Source: Scenedesmus sp. PABB004
Taxonomy: Eukaryota
NCBI GenBank assembly: GCA_014905635.1
Contig: JABVCE010000030.1
Location: 186,001-250,000, forward strand
Length of the DNA: 64,000 nucleotides
Reading direction: 5' to 3'
Shown here: positions 45,493-57,728 of the stretch, in pieces
How positions within the stretch are numbered: position 1 is the first letter of the stretch
How the letters are laid out: each line of letters starts with the position of its first letter
Translations under genes and position numbers: made by a program
The notes under the pieces: model-generated
Databases searched by the model: none
What the model saw: the letters and a program-made list of their open reading frames with translations, nothing else
What the model was told of the DNA's origin: nothing

Positions 45493-46216
45493 GCGTCGGG
45501 CGGGCCGCGCGCGCCGCCGGGGCGCCGGGGCGCGGCGCCGTGCCGCCCCGCGCCGCCGCGTCGGTGCCGCGGGCTCACGGTCTGCGCTGATGCGCGTGAG
45601 GCTGTTGCGGACGAGCAGGATGATGGCCAGCGCGCTCATGAGCTGCACCAGCGTCGCCGCAAAGTTGATCCACTGCATCTTGCGGATCTTCCGCGCGTCG
45701 TCGGGGCTGCGCGCGCGGGGCGCGGGGCGCGGCGCATGGCGGCGCCGCGTGAGGCGGCGCGCGGCGCGGCGGCGCGGCGGCCCGCGCGGCGGCGCGGCGG
45801 CGGCGGCGGCGGCGCTGGCCGGCGGCGCGGCGCAGGAGGCACCTGATGATGGAGACGAGCGGCGGCCGGCCCTCGACCACGCCGCCGCCATTGGGGTGGT
45901 GCGCGGCGTAGTAGTTGGGCGGCGCCGCGCCGTAGGGCGCGGGCGGCGGCGCACCGTAGGGCGCCGCGGGCGGCGGCGCGCCGGCGTAGGGCGCAGGCGG
46001 CGGGCCGCCGCCGAAGGGCGCGGGCGCGCCGCCGTAGCCCGCCGACGGGGCGGGCGCGCCGGGGTAACCAGCGGGAGGCGCGCCGGGGTAGCCGGCGGGC
46101 GGCGCGGGCGCGGCGCCGCCGGCGGCGTGCGGGTAGCCCGACGCGCCCGCCCCGGCGGCGCCGTCCGCGGCGGCGGCGGCGGCCGAGGGCCCCGCGCCGG
46201 CGGGGTCGTTGCCCAT
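44394..46216 (-). CDS. Four-TM MARVEL/CASP-like membrane protein with Pro/Gly/Tyr-rich termini
   Basis: Four hydrophobic helices (WINFAATLVQLMSALAIILLV; YSLASVSIFFCFILSLM; FDAAAFCWWVAGAITLG; ARNAVVALCWISAAGFLALL) and GYP repeats. Confidence 0.7.
44998..45145. repeat. 34-bp intronic minisatellite, ~4.3 copies
   Basis: gggtggg recurs at 45007, 45041, 45075 and 45109. Confidence 0.9.
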
Positions 46217-46849
46217 GGCGGTGAGAGGGGGGGCTGTCACGGCGGCGGCCGACCGCGCGCGCTGCGGGCGGCGGGCGGAGGGGGGTGAGCGGACGGCGCC
46301 TCAGCCGCCAGCGCCGCGTGGCCGGCCCGAGCCCACGGGCGGTCGAGTGAGGTGGAGCGCCCGGCCTGGGCACACCGCAGGCGCACAGCGGGCGCCTTGG
46401 CGGGGGATGCCCGCTGCTGCTGCTGCTGCCAAACGAACGGCAGCTGCCGCGGGGCCGCCTGCCCTGGCGGTGCGTCAGGGGGCGATCGGGATCGTGTCAC
46501 GGCGGCCGCTCGCAGCGCGCGGCATCACCTGGAGGAGGCTTCGAAGCCGAATTCGGGACGCAGGCGATCGGCAGCGCCTCGCTGCGGTGTGTGCGGTGTC
46601 TGCGCGAGAGGGGCGGACTGCTGCGGCGGCGGCGCGGGCGGCAGCACGCGCGGCGCGGCGGCGCACGCACGGCGGCGCAAGCGGCAAAATCGCGCGCGCG
46701 TAACAATCCAGCCGCCCCAAGCAGCCCTCTCCCCGTCGCCCTGTGTATTTAGAGGGCGCAGTGCCGCCGACGCCCGCTGCGCGCCGCTCGCTTTCGCCCG
46801 CTCCGCAATGTACAGGCCGCGCGCGATCAGGCGCGCGGCTGGGGGAGCC

Positions 46850-48576
46850 TCAGTCCTGCTGGCCGTGTGCCGCCGCGCCCCCGCCGCTGGCGGGGCTGGC
46901 CGCGGGGCTGTCGCCGCCGACGCCGCGCGGCGAGCGCGGCGCCCCCGGCGGCGCCGCGCCGCTGGAGCTCGCGCGGCCGCCGGCCGCGCTCGTGAAGCTG
47001 CCCCACGCCGCCAGCGCCGCCGAGGCGTCCCCGGCGAGGCTGCTCGTGTTGCTCAGCGTCCGCAGGCTCTGCCAGGAGAGCTGCTCCTGCTCCTCCTGCC
47101 GCGCGGCGAGTGCGCGCGCCGCGGCGAGCGCGAGCAGGCCAGGCTGCGGGCCCGCCGCCGCGCCCGGCGGCGCCGCCGCGCCGCCCGCCGCCGCGCCGCC
47201 GGCGGCCGGCAGCAGCGGCGCGCACGGCCCGTCCGCCTCCACGCCCTGGGGCTGCCCAAGGTCCGAGGCGAGGGGCAGCCGCTGCGTCGCCGCCGTCGAC
47301 GCGCCAGCGCCGCCCGGCGGCTCGCCCGCCGGCGCGGGCCGGCGGCCGCCGGCAGCAGCGGCGGCAGCGGCGCGCCGCACGACGAGCAGGTGTGCAGCGC
47401 GCCGGGCGGCGAGCCGGTGGGCGAGCCGCCCGTTGCGTCATGCCCGCCGCCGAGGCCGCCGCCAGGCGCCGGTGGCTGCTTGCACGCCGCAGCGGCCGCG
47501 GCTGCCGCCGCGGGCCCGCCCAGCGCCGCCGCTGCGGCTTGGGGCGACGCCACGCGGACCGCCTCGCCCCCGGCGCCCTGCGCGACCGCGTGGGGCGTGT
47601 CGCAGACGCGGCAGGCAACGACGCCGGCCGTCGCGCCGCCGCCCGCGCCGCTGGCCGCGGCGTCCTCGAGCCAGGCGGCAGCTGCCGCGGCCGCCGCCGC
47701 GTTCAGTGCCGCGCGCTCGCTCGCGGCCGCGCCGCCGCCGCCGCCGCCGCCGGCCGCGGCGGCGGTGACGCTGCCGCCGGCCGAGGGCAGGGCCGGCGGC
47801 GCCAGGAAGCTCCCCTTGGGCGTGGAGCAGGCTGTGGAGCCGGGCGTCTCGGAGGTCACGACAAACCGCCCGCGCTTGCTCACCGTCCTGATCGGCGCCA
47901 GTGCGGGCGCCCCTGCGGCGCCCGCGGCGCCGCCGCGGCCCGCCGCCTCCAGCGCCTGCGCGCTCGCCGCCGACGCCATGCTGCTTGCGCTCGGGTGCGC
48001 CCGCAGCGCGCTGGGCGCCGGGCACTGCTGCTGCTGCTGCTGCGGCGGCGGCGGCGGCGACGGCGGCGGCGACTGCAGCGCTCGGGCCGCGGCCGCGGCG
48101 GCCGCGCTGGCGCCGCCCTGCCCGTGCGCCGGCGCCGCGCCGGCGGCGGCGGCGGACACGGCGAGGCTCCGGCCCGACCCCAGGTGGCTCAGCTGGCCCT
48201 GCGGCGCCGAGTGGTGCTCGCCGCGCGGGCTGCCCGACCGGCTGGCCGCGCAGCTGCCAGGGCGGCTCCCCTGCTGTGTCACTGTGAAGCGGCCCAGGCG
48301 CTTCACGCTGAGCGCCTCTCCGGCAGCCGCCGCCGCCGCGCCCGGCGCCGTGTCGCCGGCCGACGCTGGCGCGCCCGCGGTGCCGGCGCGCCCCGTTGCC
48401 GGCGTCCTGCTGGCGGCGCGGGCCATCAGCAGTGGGCTGCTGCTCGCACTGCCGGGCCTGCCCGCGCCCGGCGCGGCAGGCCGGGGTGGCGGCGGCGCCA
48501 GCGGCGGCGGTGATGAGCAGCTTGCGACGACGCCCGCCCACGTTATGCTGTGCTGCTGCTGCGGCGACGTCGGCGC

Positions 48577-48640
<64 letters not shown>

Positions 48641-49027
48641 GGCTGCTGCTGCTGCTGCTGGTGCTGCTGCAGTTGCTCCGCACACACAGCCGCCCCGCTG
48701 CCGCCGCTGGCGCCCACCGCCGCGGGGTGGCCAGCGGCAAGCTCGCGGCGCCCGCGGCGCGGTGCGGCTGCAGCGGCCCCACCAGCGGGCTCTCGTGGAC
48801 CTGGAAGCGGCCCCTGGCATAGTCACGCGCCTTGGGCCGCGGGCTGGGGCAGGGCGTCGCGCCAGGGCTCGGCGTCGCGCTGGGCGTCCTGCACTGCCCC
48901 CGGTGCGGCACAACTGGCGGCTTGCCGCTCACCGGGCCGCAGCGCGGTGACAAGCACGCGGGGCTGCTGCCCACCGTGCTGGCGGTGCGGCTCGCGCACG
49001 GCGCCGACGCCTGCTGCTGCAAGAGCG

Positions 49028-49085
<58 letters not shown>

Positions 49086-51868
49086 CTGGTGCTGGTGCTG
49101 CTGCTGCTGCTGCAGCGGCGCCGGCACGCGCACCGGCGGCGGCGGCGCCAGAAGCGCGACGTGCCCGAGGGTGTGCGGTGACGCCCCCGGCTGCACGTGC
49201 AGCTGCGGCTCCGCTGCCCTCCCGGGCGACAGCGGCAGGACGCCCGCCGCCGCGGGCCACGCGTGCGAGGCGCTGCCGCCGTCGCTGCAGGGCGGGGACA
49301 GCTGCTGCAGCAGCCCCGCCTCCGGCGCCGAGTGCGGCAGGCTGCCGCAGCTCGCAGACGCGTGCATGCCGCCCGCCAGCTGCGGGCCCGCCGCCTCGGC
49401 GTGCTGCATGTGCACCTGGAAGCGGCCGGTGCGGTAGCAGAGCCCCGCTCCAGCAGACAGGTGGCCGGACAGCTGCTGCGTCAGCGACGGCTGCGCCGCC
49501 GCGCCGGGCGAGCTGCTGCCACGCGGCCGCCAGCCCTGCTGCGCAGCCGGGCCGCCGGCGGCGGCGGCGGCGGCGCCGCCGCCGCTCGACTGCTGCGCCA
49601 GCGGCAGCGGCGCGGAGGCCTCGCCCTGACGGATGGCCCCGGAGCCCCAGAAGCCCTTGGGCGTGAGGCCGCGCCCCGCCTCGCCCTCGGCGGCGCCGCC
49701 CGCCAGGTCGGGCAGCGCCGGCGCGCTCAGCGTCACCGTCAGCCGCGCGGGCAGCGGCTGCTGCAGCCGCGCGCCGCCGGCGCCCTGCGCCGCCGCGGCC
49801 GGGGCTGCCGCGCCGAGCGGCAGCGGCGCGCTGGCCGCGCCAGGCACCGGCGGCAGGTCGGCCAGCTCGCTCAGCAACGCAGAGCCCGGCGAGGCGAACG
49901 CCGACATCAGCTGCAGGCTCGCGTCCGCGCCAAAGGTGGCCGCGGCCGTCGCCGCCGCGGACGCCCCGCCCGCGAGCGCGCCGCCGTGCAGCTGCGGCTG
50001 CGACTGCGAGTGCAGCAGGTTTGCCGGCAGCGACCGCGGCGCGGGCGGCTCGGCGCCGAGCAGCCGGCCGCTCGACTTGCTGCGGGCCTTGGCGCCGTCG
50101 TGGCGGGGCGACGCGTCGGTGCTGCCGACGCTGCTCGTCGAGACCATGAAGCGGCCCCGCTGGTAGCTGGTGCCGCCCGCTGCGCCGGCGGCCGCCGCAG
50201 CCGCGGCGCGCAGGACGGAGCCGTCGCAGCTCACGCTGCCGCCGACCCCGCCGCGCGCCGCGTCGGCGGGCGCTGCGGCCGCCGGGTGCGCCAGGGCCGG
50301 CGCCTGCTGCTGCGCCGCGCCGCTCGCCTGGGGCGCCGAGAGCGGTCGCTCCCGCCGGCTGCCTGGCGAGGCGGCGGCGACGGCTGCGGCGGCGGCGGGG
50401 CTGGGCAGCCCCCCGCTGCGGGCGGGCGCCGGCAGCACATCGTCGCCGCCGAGCGGCGTCGCATCGCTGCCACCGTCCTCGCTGGCGCTGCGCGGCGCCA
50501 GCGCGCACGTCGCTGGGCTGGGCGCGCGCAGGGACGCCTGCTTCCCAGCCGCCAGCTGCTTGCCCGCCCCCGGCGACGCCGGCCCGGCCGCGGCGCGCCC
50601 CTTGCGCCGGTCGGCGCCGGGCGAGCCCGCGCCGTGCAGCAGCTGCGGCAGGTCGTTCAGCTGCCCCGCCCGCGCGGCGTCCTGCAGCGCCGCCGCCGCA
50701 GCGGGCGACGGCTCCGGCGCCGCGATCACTGGCCACATCACAAACGCGGGCGCGTGCTCGTCCTCCAGCTCCGGCGCCTGCCCCCCGGCGCTGGTGCCGC
50801 TGCGCACGCGCGCGGCGCTGGCGGGGCCGCTGCCGCCGTCGCAGGCACCGGCGTCAGTGCCGCGTCGGCTGGTGCCCGCTGAAGGAGCACTGAAGGAGCC
50901 GAGCGATGCGTCGGTCGTCATTGACGGCCAGAGGCTGTGCGTCGCTGACGGCTGGTCCGACGGCAGCAGCGCCGCGCTGCTGCCGCCCACCGACGGGGGC
51001 CCTGTCGCGTCCAGCAGCGCGCGCCAGCCAGCCTGCGCGGCGCCCGCCGGCGCCGACGCGGGGGCGCCGGGCCAGGCCGGGGGCTGCGGCACCGCCGCCG
51101 CCGCCAGCAGCTCCGCCGAGGCGGAGGGCGAGGGCCCGGCGGCGGCGCCCCGCTGCCGTCGCCGCTGCCGCCGCTCGCCGCTGGCCAGGCGCCGCCGCCG
51201 CTCAGCGCCCTGCCCGCCTTGCCCGCTGCCCCCTGCTGCTGCTCTGCCCCGGCCGCCTGGCCGACTTTTATGGGCGTTGCGAGGCACTGGGGCCCGGGCA
51301 GAACAGCAGCGGCGCCGTGGGCGAGTCGGCCGCCGGCGACAGGCGAGGCGCGGTCTCCGAGCACGGCCCGGCCGCAGCGCCGCCGCCACCCCAGGCTCCC
51401 CCGCGGGGACGCCGTGGCTGCCGGGCCCGGCCGCCGCGCCGCTTGCGACGCTGGCGGTGCTGACGCTGGGCAGCTCCGAGCTGCTGCCGCTCGTGCTGCT
51501 GCTGCCGCGCGCGCCGCGCGCTGCCCCCGCCGGCGCGGCGCTGCTGCCGGGGCCTCGGCGCCGTCCGCGACGCTGCGCACCGACTCCACAGACCAGGGCG
51601 CCAGGTTTGCGGCATCGCCAAAAGGCGACGCCCACGCGCCCGGCGCCGCGCCACCGCCCGCCGGCCGCGGCTGCTGCGCCTCCTGCGCCGCCGCGTCCTG
51701 CTGCTCGGCGTCGCCCGCGAACGAGACGCGGTGCCTGCACTGCTTGCCTGGCCGCGCCTGCTCAGCGCTGCCCTCACAGTGCTGCTGCTCCCGCTGCCGC
51801 TGCGCCGGCTGCTGCTGTGCCTGCTGCTGGTGCAGCGCCTGCTGCTCCTGCTGATGCACCGCCTGCTG

Positions 51869-51914
<46 letters not shown>

Positions 51915-53128
51915 AGCAGCAGCTGCTCCTGCTGGTGCAGCGCCTGCTGCTCCTGCTGCTGCAGCTGCTCCTGCTGGTGCAGCGCCTGCTGCTGCCGCTC
52001 GTGCCGCTCCTGCTGGCACCACTCGCGGGCGATGGTGTGCTGCAGCACTGCGTGCTGCTCGCAGGCGCTGCCCGCGCCGCCATCCGGAGCCGGCGGCGGC
52101 GCCGCGCTCGCGTGCTGCTGCGGCTCCTGCGGCTGCGCCGCCGCCGCCGGCGCGCCGCCCGGCGCCGGCAGCGCCGGCAGCGCGGGCACCGGCGTCGGCG
52201 GCAGCAGCGGCGTCGCGTGCACGCCCCAGCCGGGCGGGCCGTAGTTGGCGTCCAGCGCGGCCGAGATCTGGGGGAAGGTCGGCCGCGCGGCCGGGTCGCG
52301 CGCGAGGCAGCGCCGGCAGAGCATGAGCAGGAAGGGGTCGGCCGCCTCGGCCGGCAGCGGCAGCTCCGCGTCCCTGAAGCCGACCATGGCCACCACCTGG
52401 CGCGCGGTCCCGCGCGCGGCGGCGGCGGCGGCGGCGGCGGCGGTGGGCGCGCGCGCGCGGGCGAGGGCCGGGCCTGGGGCGGGACCGCGGCGGCGCCGCC
52501 GCCGCCCGCCGCGCCGCCGCCCCGCCGCGCCGCGCTGCGCGCCGCGCCGTGCCTGCATGGGGTTGAAGCTCTCCCACGGCGCCGCGCCGGTGATGATCTC
52601 CCACAGCACCACGCCGTAGCTGCGGCGCGCGGGCGGGCGCGGCGGGCGCGGTGAGCGGGCGCGGCGGCGGCCCGCGCGCGCGCGGCCCGGGGCGGCGCGG
52701 GCGCGGCACCTGTACACGTCGGCCGGCTCCGCAACCGCCTCGCAGCGGAGCACCTCGGGCGCCATCCACTCCGGGGTGCCGCCCTGCGCGCAGGGGGCCG
52801 GCGTGCTCCGCCCCGGACGCGCCCGCGCGCCCCGCCGCGCCGCCGCGCCGAGCCCCGCCGCGCCGCCGCGCCGAGCCCCGCCGCGCCCGCGCGCCCGCCG
52901 CGCCGCAGCGCCGAGCCCCGCGCCGCCGCGCGCGCCGCGCGCGCCGCACCGCCGCGCTGGAGGACACAAACGTGCGCTGCCGCGAGCGCGAGAGACCAAA
53001 GTCGGTGATCTTGACGCGCCAGCGGTCGTCGACCAGGATGTTGGGGCTCTTGAGGTCCTGCGGGCCCCGCGCGGTTCAGGGCTCAGACGGCGCGCAACGC
53101 GGGCGCAGGACGGGCTGGCGGGCGTGTG

Positions 53129-53184
<56 letters not shown>

Positions 53185-54330
53185 CGCGCGCACCAGGTGC
53201 AGGATGGGCGGGCTGCGCGTGTGGAGGTAGGCCATGCCACGCGCGACGCTGACCGCCACGAGGCGCTGCAGCTTGGGCTCGAGCGGCCCGCCGGGCGCCG
53301 CCTCGCCCGGCTCGGCCCCGCCCGCCGCCGGCGCCGCGCCGCCGCCGCCGCCGCGCGCGTCGGCGCGCCGCGGCGCGTGCAGCACCGAGAAGAGGCTGCC
53401 GCGGCTCATCCACTCGCTGACGATGCAGAGCTCGGGCGCGGTGCAGTAGCCCATGAAGAGGATGAGGTTTGGGTGCCGCAGCCGCGCGAGCAGGCGCACC
53501 TCGCTCACAAAGCGCGCGATTGTCTCGCCGTCCGACGTGAGCAGGCGCTTCACCGCCACCGCCGTGCCCTGCGCGCGGTGCGGCGCGGCGTGTCAGCGCG
53601 GCGGCGCACGGCCGGCGCAGGCCGTGCTGCACCTCGGGTCAGCTCAGTTCGGCTCAGGTGAGCCCGCGCACCTCGTAACGTCCCAAAAAGACCTCCGCAA
53701 AGCCTCCGACAGCGAGCCGACGCCCTACCATGACCTTGCGAGGGTCCAGCTGCCATTCGCACGTCGGCGTGAACCCGCCGCCGCCCGGGACGCGCCGCGG
53801 AGCGCTGGCGCCCGCTCCGCGCGCCAGCAGCGCGCCCTGGCCGCCCGGCGCGGCGCCGGGCGCGGGCGCGCCGGGCGCGGCGCCGCCTTGCTGCCCTGCC
53901 TTCCAGGGCACGAGCCAGGGGCCGGCGAGCGTGCCGGTGGGGCCGGCCGCGGCCGCGCCCTGCTCCGCGCCCGGCGCGGCGCCGCCCGCGCCGCTGAGCG
54001 GCACGTAACCGGCGGGGCGCTGGATGATATGCAGGTCCATGGCGCTCAGCGGCGCGCCCGCCGGGCCGCCGCCATCATCGGCGGCCCCCTGCTGTGCCGC
54101 AGCTGCTGCTGGCGCGCCTGCCTGCTGCCGCGTGTCGCCGCCGGCCGAGCCGCCGCTGGCCGAGCCGCTGCCGCTGGCGCTGCTGCTCGCGCTGCTCCCG
54201 CTGCTGGGCCGTTCGGCCCACCACTGCGGCGCGCCCGCAGGCTCCGCCAAGCTCTCCGCCTCCTGGTGCCGCCGGTGGCCGTGCGGCGCAGCGTCTGGCG
54301 GATACTCGACCACCACGCGCTGCGCCGGCG

Positions 54331-54365
<35 letters not shown>

Positions 54366-56963
54366 GCCGCGCCTGCAGCCGCCAGGCGCTCGCCGGGCAG
54401 GCTGAACGGCGCCAGGTCGCCACCGGCCGCCCCAAATGGCGACGCCGCAAACGGCGACGCCGCGAACGGCGAAGGCCTTGCCGCCGCCGGCTGCGCCTGC
54501 TGGAACGGCGAGGCGCCGCCCGCCGCGGCCGCCGCCGCCACCGCCGCGCCCTCCAGCGAGGAGGGCTGCGAGCCGCCGCCGACGCTGCTCGCCGCGCCGC
54601 CGAGTGCGCTGCCCGTGTCCTCGGTGTCGGTGCCGCTGGGGTCGTGCTCGTGGACGATGCAGTGCGTGGAGCGCTTGATGCCCAGCTGCGCGAGCCGGCC
54701 GCTCTCGCCCTCCTCGAGCTCCGTGCACTGGCAGCCCTGCCCGTCGTCGCCCTCGTCCGCGGCCGCAGGCTGCCCGTGGCGGCCGTGGTGCGCGTGGTGC
54801 GCGGGCGGCGGCGGCGGCCGCGCCAGCAGCGCCGGCTCGCCGCGCCCCCGCCCGGCCGCCGGCCGCGGCGGCTGCGCCGACAGCACCCGCTGCGCCTGCT
54901 CCTGCACGCTCTGGGCCTGCGCCTGCGCCTGCGCCTGCGCCTGCGCCTGCGCCTGCGCCTGCGCCTGCGCCTGCGCCTGCGGCTGCGGCCGCTGCTGCAG
55001 CAGCGCCGCCTGCTGCCGCGCCGCCGCGACCTCCTGGCGCAGCTGCTCGATGGGCTGGCCGTAGCTGGCGCGGAAGCTGTGCACGATGCGCACGTCCACG
55101 CTGCGCTCGTCGACCTGGTGCACCTCCAGCACGGGGCCCTGCACGTGGCTGACCGCGCGCGGCGCGACGGGGAGCGCCGCGATCGTGTCGGCGATGAGCG
55201 CCGCCGACAGCGCCGCCTTGTCCGCGAGCGGCAGGTTCAGGCACGCGCCGCCGTCGTCGTCATCGCCGCCGGCGCCCGGCGCCGGCGGGGCGCCGCGCTG
55301 CGCGAGCGGCGCCGAGCCCGCGCGGTCGAGCGCGCGCACGCACGCGAGCTGTGTCGGCGGCGGCGCCGCCGCGGGCACCGCGGCGCCCGCGGCCGGCGGC
55401 ACGTCTGCCGAGCCGTGCACCATCGCGCCCGCCGCCTCAGCAGGGCCGCCGCTCGCCTGCGGCGGGCGGTGCGAGCAGGGCGCGCGCTCTCAGCGGGGAC
55501 AGCCTGGCATCGCGGCGCCGCGCTGCGCCGGCGCGCCGGCGCCGCGCTGCGCGCCACCCCGCACCCGGCATGCGGTCCTCCCACGTGTGGGTGTGGGTGT
55601 GTCGGGGGCGCCACGCAGGCCCGCCGCCGCGCGCCGGCAGCCTGCGCCGGCGCGAGCAGCAGCGTGCTGGTGTGGGAGCGGCTGCGGCGCGCTGCGCCCG
55701 CCGCCAGGCGGCACGCGGCACGGGCGAGACCGCCTGCATCGCCTGGTGGTCGCGCCGCGGCCCCCTGGGCTCGCACGGCGCGGTGGGCGCCCGCCATTGC
55801 TGCTCAGAGTACCCCCCGCGCTCACCCGGTGGCCATGCCGCGCAGGACCGCACAGAAAGACTCCGCGCGCAGCAAGGTGTCGCTGAGTCGCTGCGGCAGG
55901 CCGGTTCGGGGAAGCTGCTGATGCCGAGCCAGGGCGCGCTCTCCTCGCCCTGCCCGCCCGCCGCGGCCGGTCCGATCGCGCGTCGCGTGTGCGGAGGCGC
56001 GGTGGCGAGCACTGGGACGAGCGCCAGGAGCCGGGGCGGCGCGCTTGCGCCGCCGCCGGCGCCCGCCCGAGCGCCGAGGTGCGCCGCGCGGCGGCCTCGA
56101 CCCCGGCGGCCGGTTTCCCCACGCCGCCGCCCCCACACAAGTGCGTGTGCACATCATCCCCCTCGCAGTCCCGCCTGCCGCCCGTGCGCCAGCCGTGCGC
56201 TCGTGCCACCCGCCTGCTCAGAGCCCGGCCGCCGGCGCCCGCCCGCCCGCTCAGCCGCCCGCCTTGGCCTTCTGCACCAGCATGCGGTACAGCCTGCGGC
56301 GGCGGCGGGCGCCGACGCGCCGTCAGCGCCGCAGGCCCCGCTCCTCACCGCACCCTGGTCCTTGCCTCGCCCGCCTCGCCTGCCCGCGCCCGCACAGCCG
56401 CGTACCGCCGCGTCGCCGCCCGCGTGCCGCCGCAGCAGCCGCGCCGCGTCGCGTCGCACCGTGAGTATACGTTGTAGTAGTGGCCGCGGTTGTGGTAGGG
56501 GATGACGCCGGTGTGCTCCATGTCGTCGAGCACGGCGGAGAGGTTGAGCATGTCGCGGAGTATGAGCAGGTAGTCGTCGTCGTGCAGCAGCGCGTGCGCG
56601 CGCGGGTACATGTCGGCGGGCACGATGCCCGGCGCGACGGGGCGCAGCAGCTCGCCGCGCACGTCGGAGGGCGCGCCGAAGAAGGAGAGGTGCTCGCGGC
56701 GCTGGCGGATGTAGTTGTTGATCTCGCTCAGGTAGGGCTCCTGCACAAACCTGTGGGCGTGTGGTGTGTGGCCGTGTGGGGTGTGGGCGGGCGCGGGCGG
56801 TGGGCGGGTGTGGTGGGCGTGGGCGGGCGTGGGGGAGTGTGGGCGCGCAGGCGGGCAGGGGCCAGGCAGGCGGCCGGGCCAGGCGAGGCGCGCACCTGAA
56901 CTCCATGCCCGGGGCGCAGTCATCGGCCGGCGGGTGGGACTTGGGCCGCCAGCACAGGCACAT
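46850..56963 (-). CDS. Raf-like (TKL; CTR1/EDR1-like) protein kinase; kinase domain ~52240-53770 with long low-complexity flanks, outer limits uncertain
   Basis: WQLDP..AVGGFAEV, VAVKRL, FVSEV, LRHPNLILFMG, GMAYLH, HL|DLKSPNILV, TDFGLS, GTPEWMAPE, DVY|SYGVVLWE, DPAARPTF. Confidence 0.85.
53135..53180. repeat. (CA)n microsatellite, intronic
   Basis: Read directly. Confidence 0.95.
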
Positions 56964-57728
56964 CCATCCCACGCGCGGCGCGGCGCCCCGGCGGGGCTCG
57001 GCGGCGGCGCGGCGCGCGCGCGGCGACGCGCGGCGACGCGGCGCGGCGGCGCGGCGGCTGCTCCGGGCGGCGGCCGCGCGGCGGCGGCGGCGCGGCCGCG
57101 CTGCTCCCGGCCGGCTGCGCTCCGGGCGCGCCGCGGCTGCCTGCCGGCGTGGCGGCCGCTGGCCCGGCCTCGCGGCGCTGGCGGCGCCGGCACCTGCGGC
57201 GCGGGCGGCGGCGATCGCGGCGCGCGGGCGGAGCAGCAGCAGCGCCGGCGCGGGCGGGCGGCGGGCGGCGGCGTGAGCGCCTGGCGGCCGCCGGCGGCAG
57301 CTCCCGGCAGCGGCGCGGGCTCCTGGCCAGGGCACGGCGGTGGCGCGGGCCGCTGTCGGGGGCTGGCTGCGCCGGGGCCGGCAGCGGCATCTGCCGGCGA
57401 GCGAGTTGTCGCGCTGCGCGCGCCCGCGCCCTGCCGGCCCGCTGGCAATCACGGGCGCTTTCGCGCACCTAACGCCGCCGTGCGCTGCCGCGATCGTCCT
57501 CTGGAGCTGACCCTTCGCAAACGCTAGTGCACGCGGCCCGCCTCGAACGCCGGGGGTGCGTGTGAACAGCGGTGGCGATGTGAACTGCGCGCGATGATGG
57601 GCCAGGGCAGCGACGACGGCGGCGCGCGAGCGGCGGGGCGCAGCGGCGGGCCCTGGCGCGGGCGGACGCCGAGCGCGGGGCGTGTTTTGCAACGCCGGTG
57701 TCCCCACAGAGTCGCTCGCTCCCTGGCG

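Noticed and set aside
48540..49120. Poly-Cys or poly-Leu ORFs on the + strand
   Set aside because: Antisense readings of CAG poly-Gln tracts of the kinase gene.
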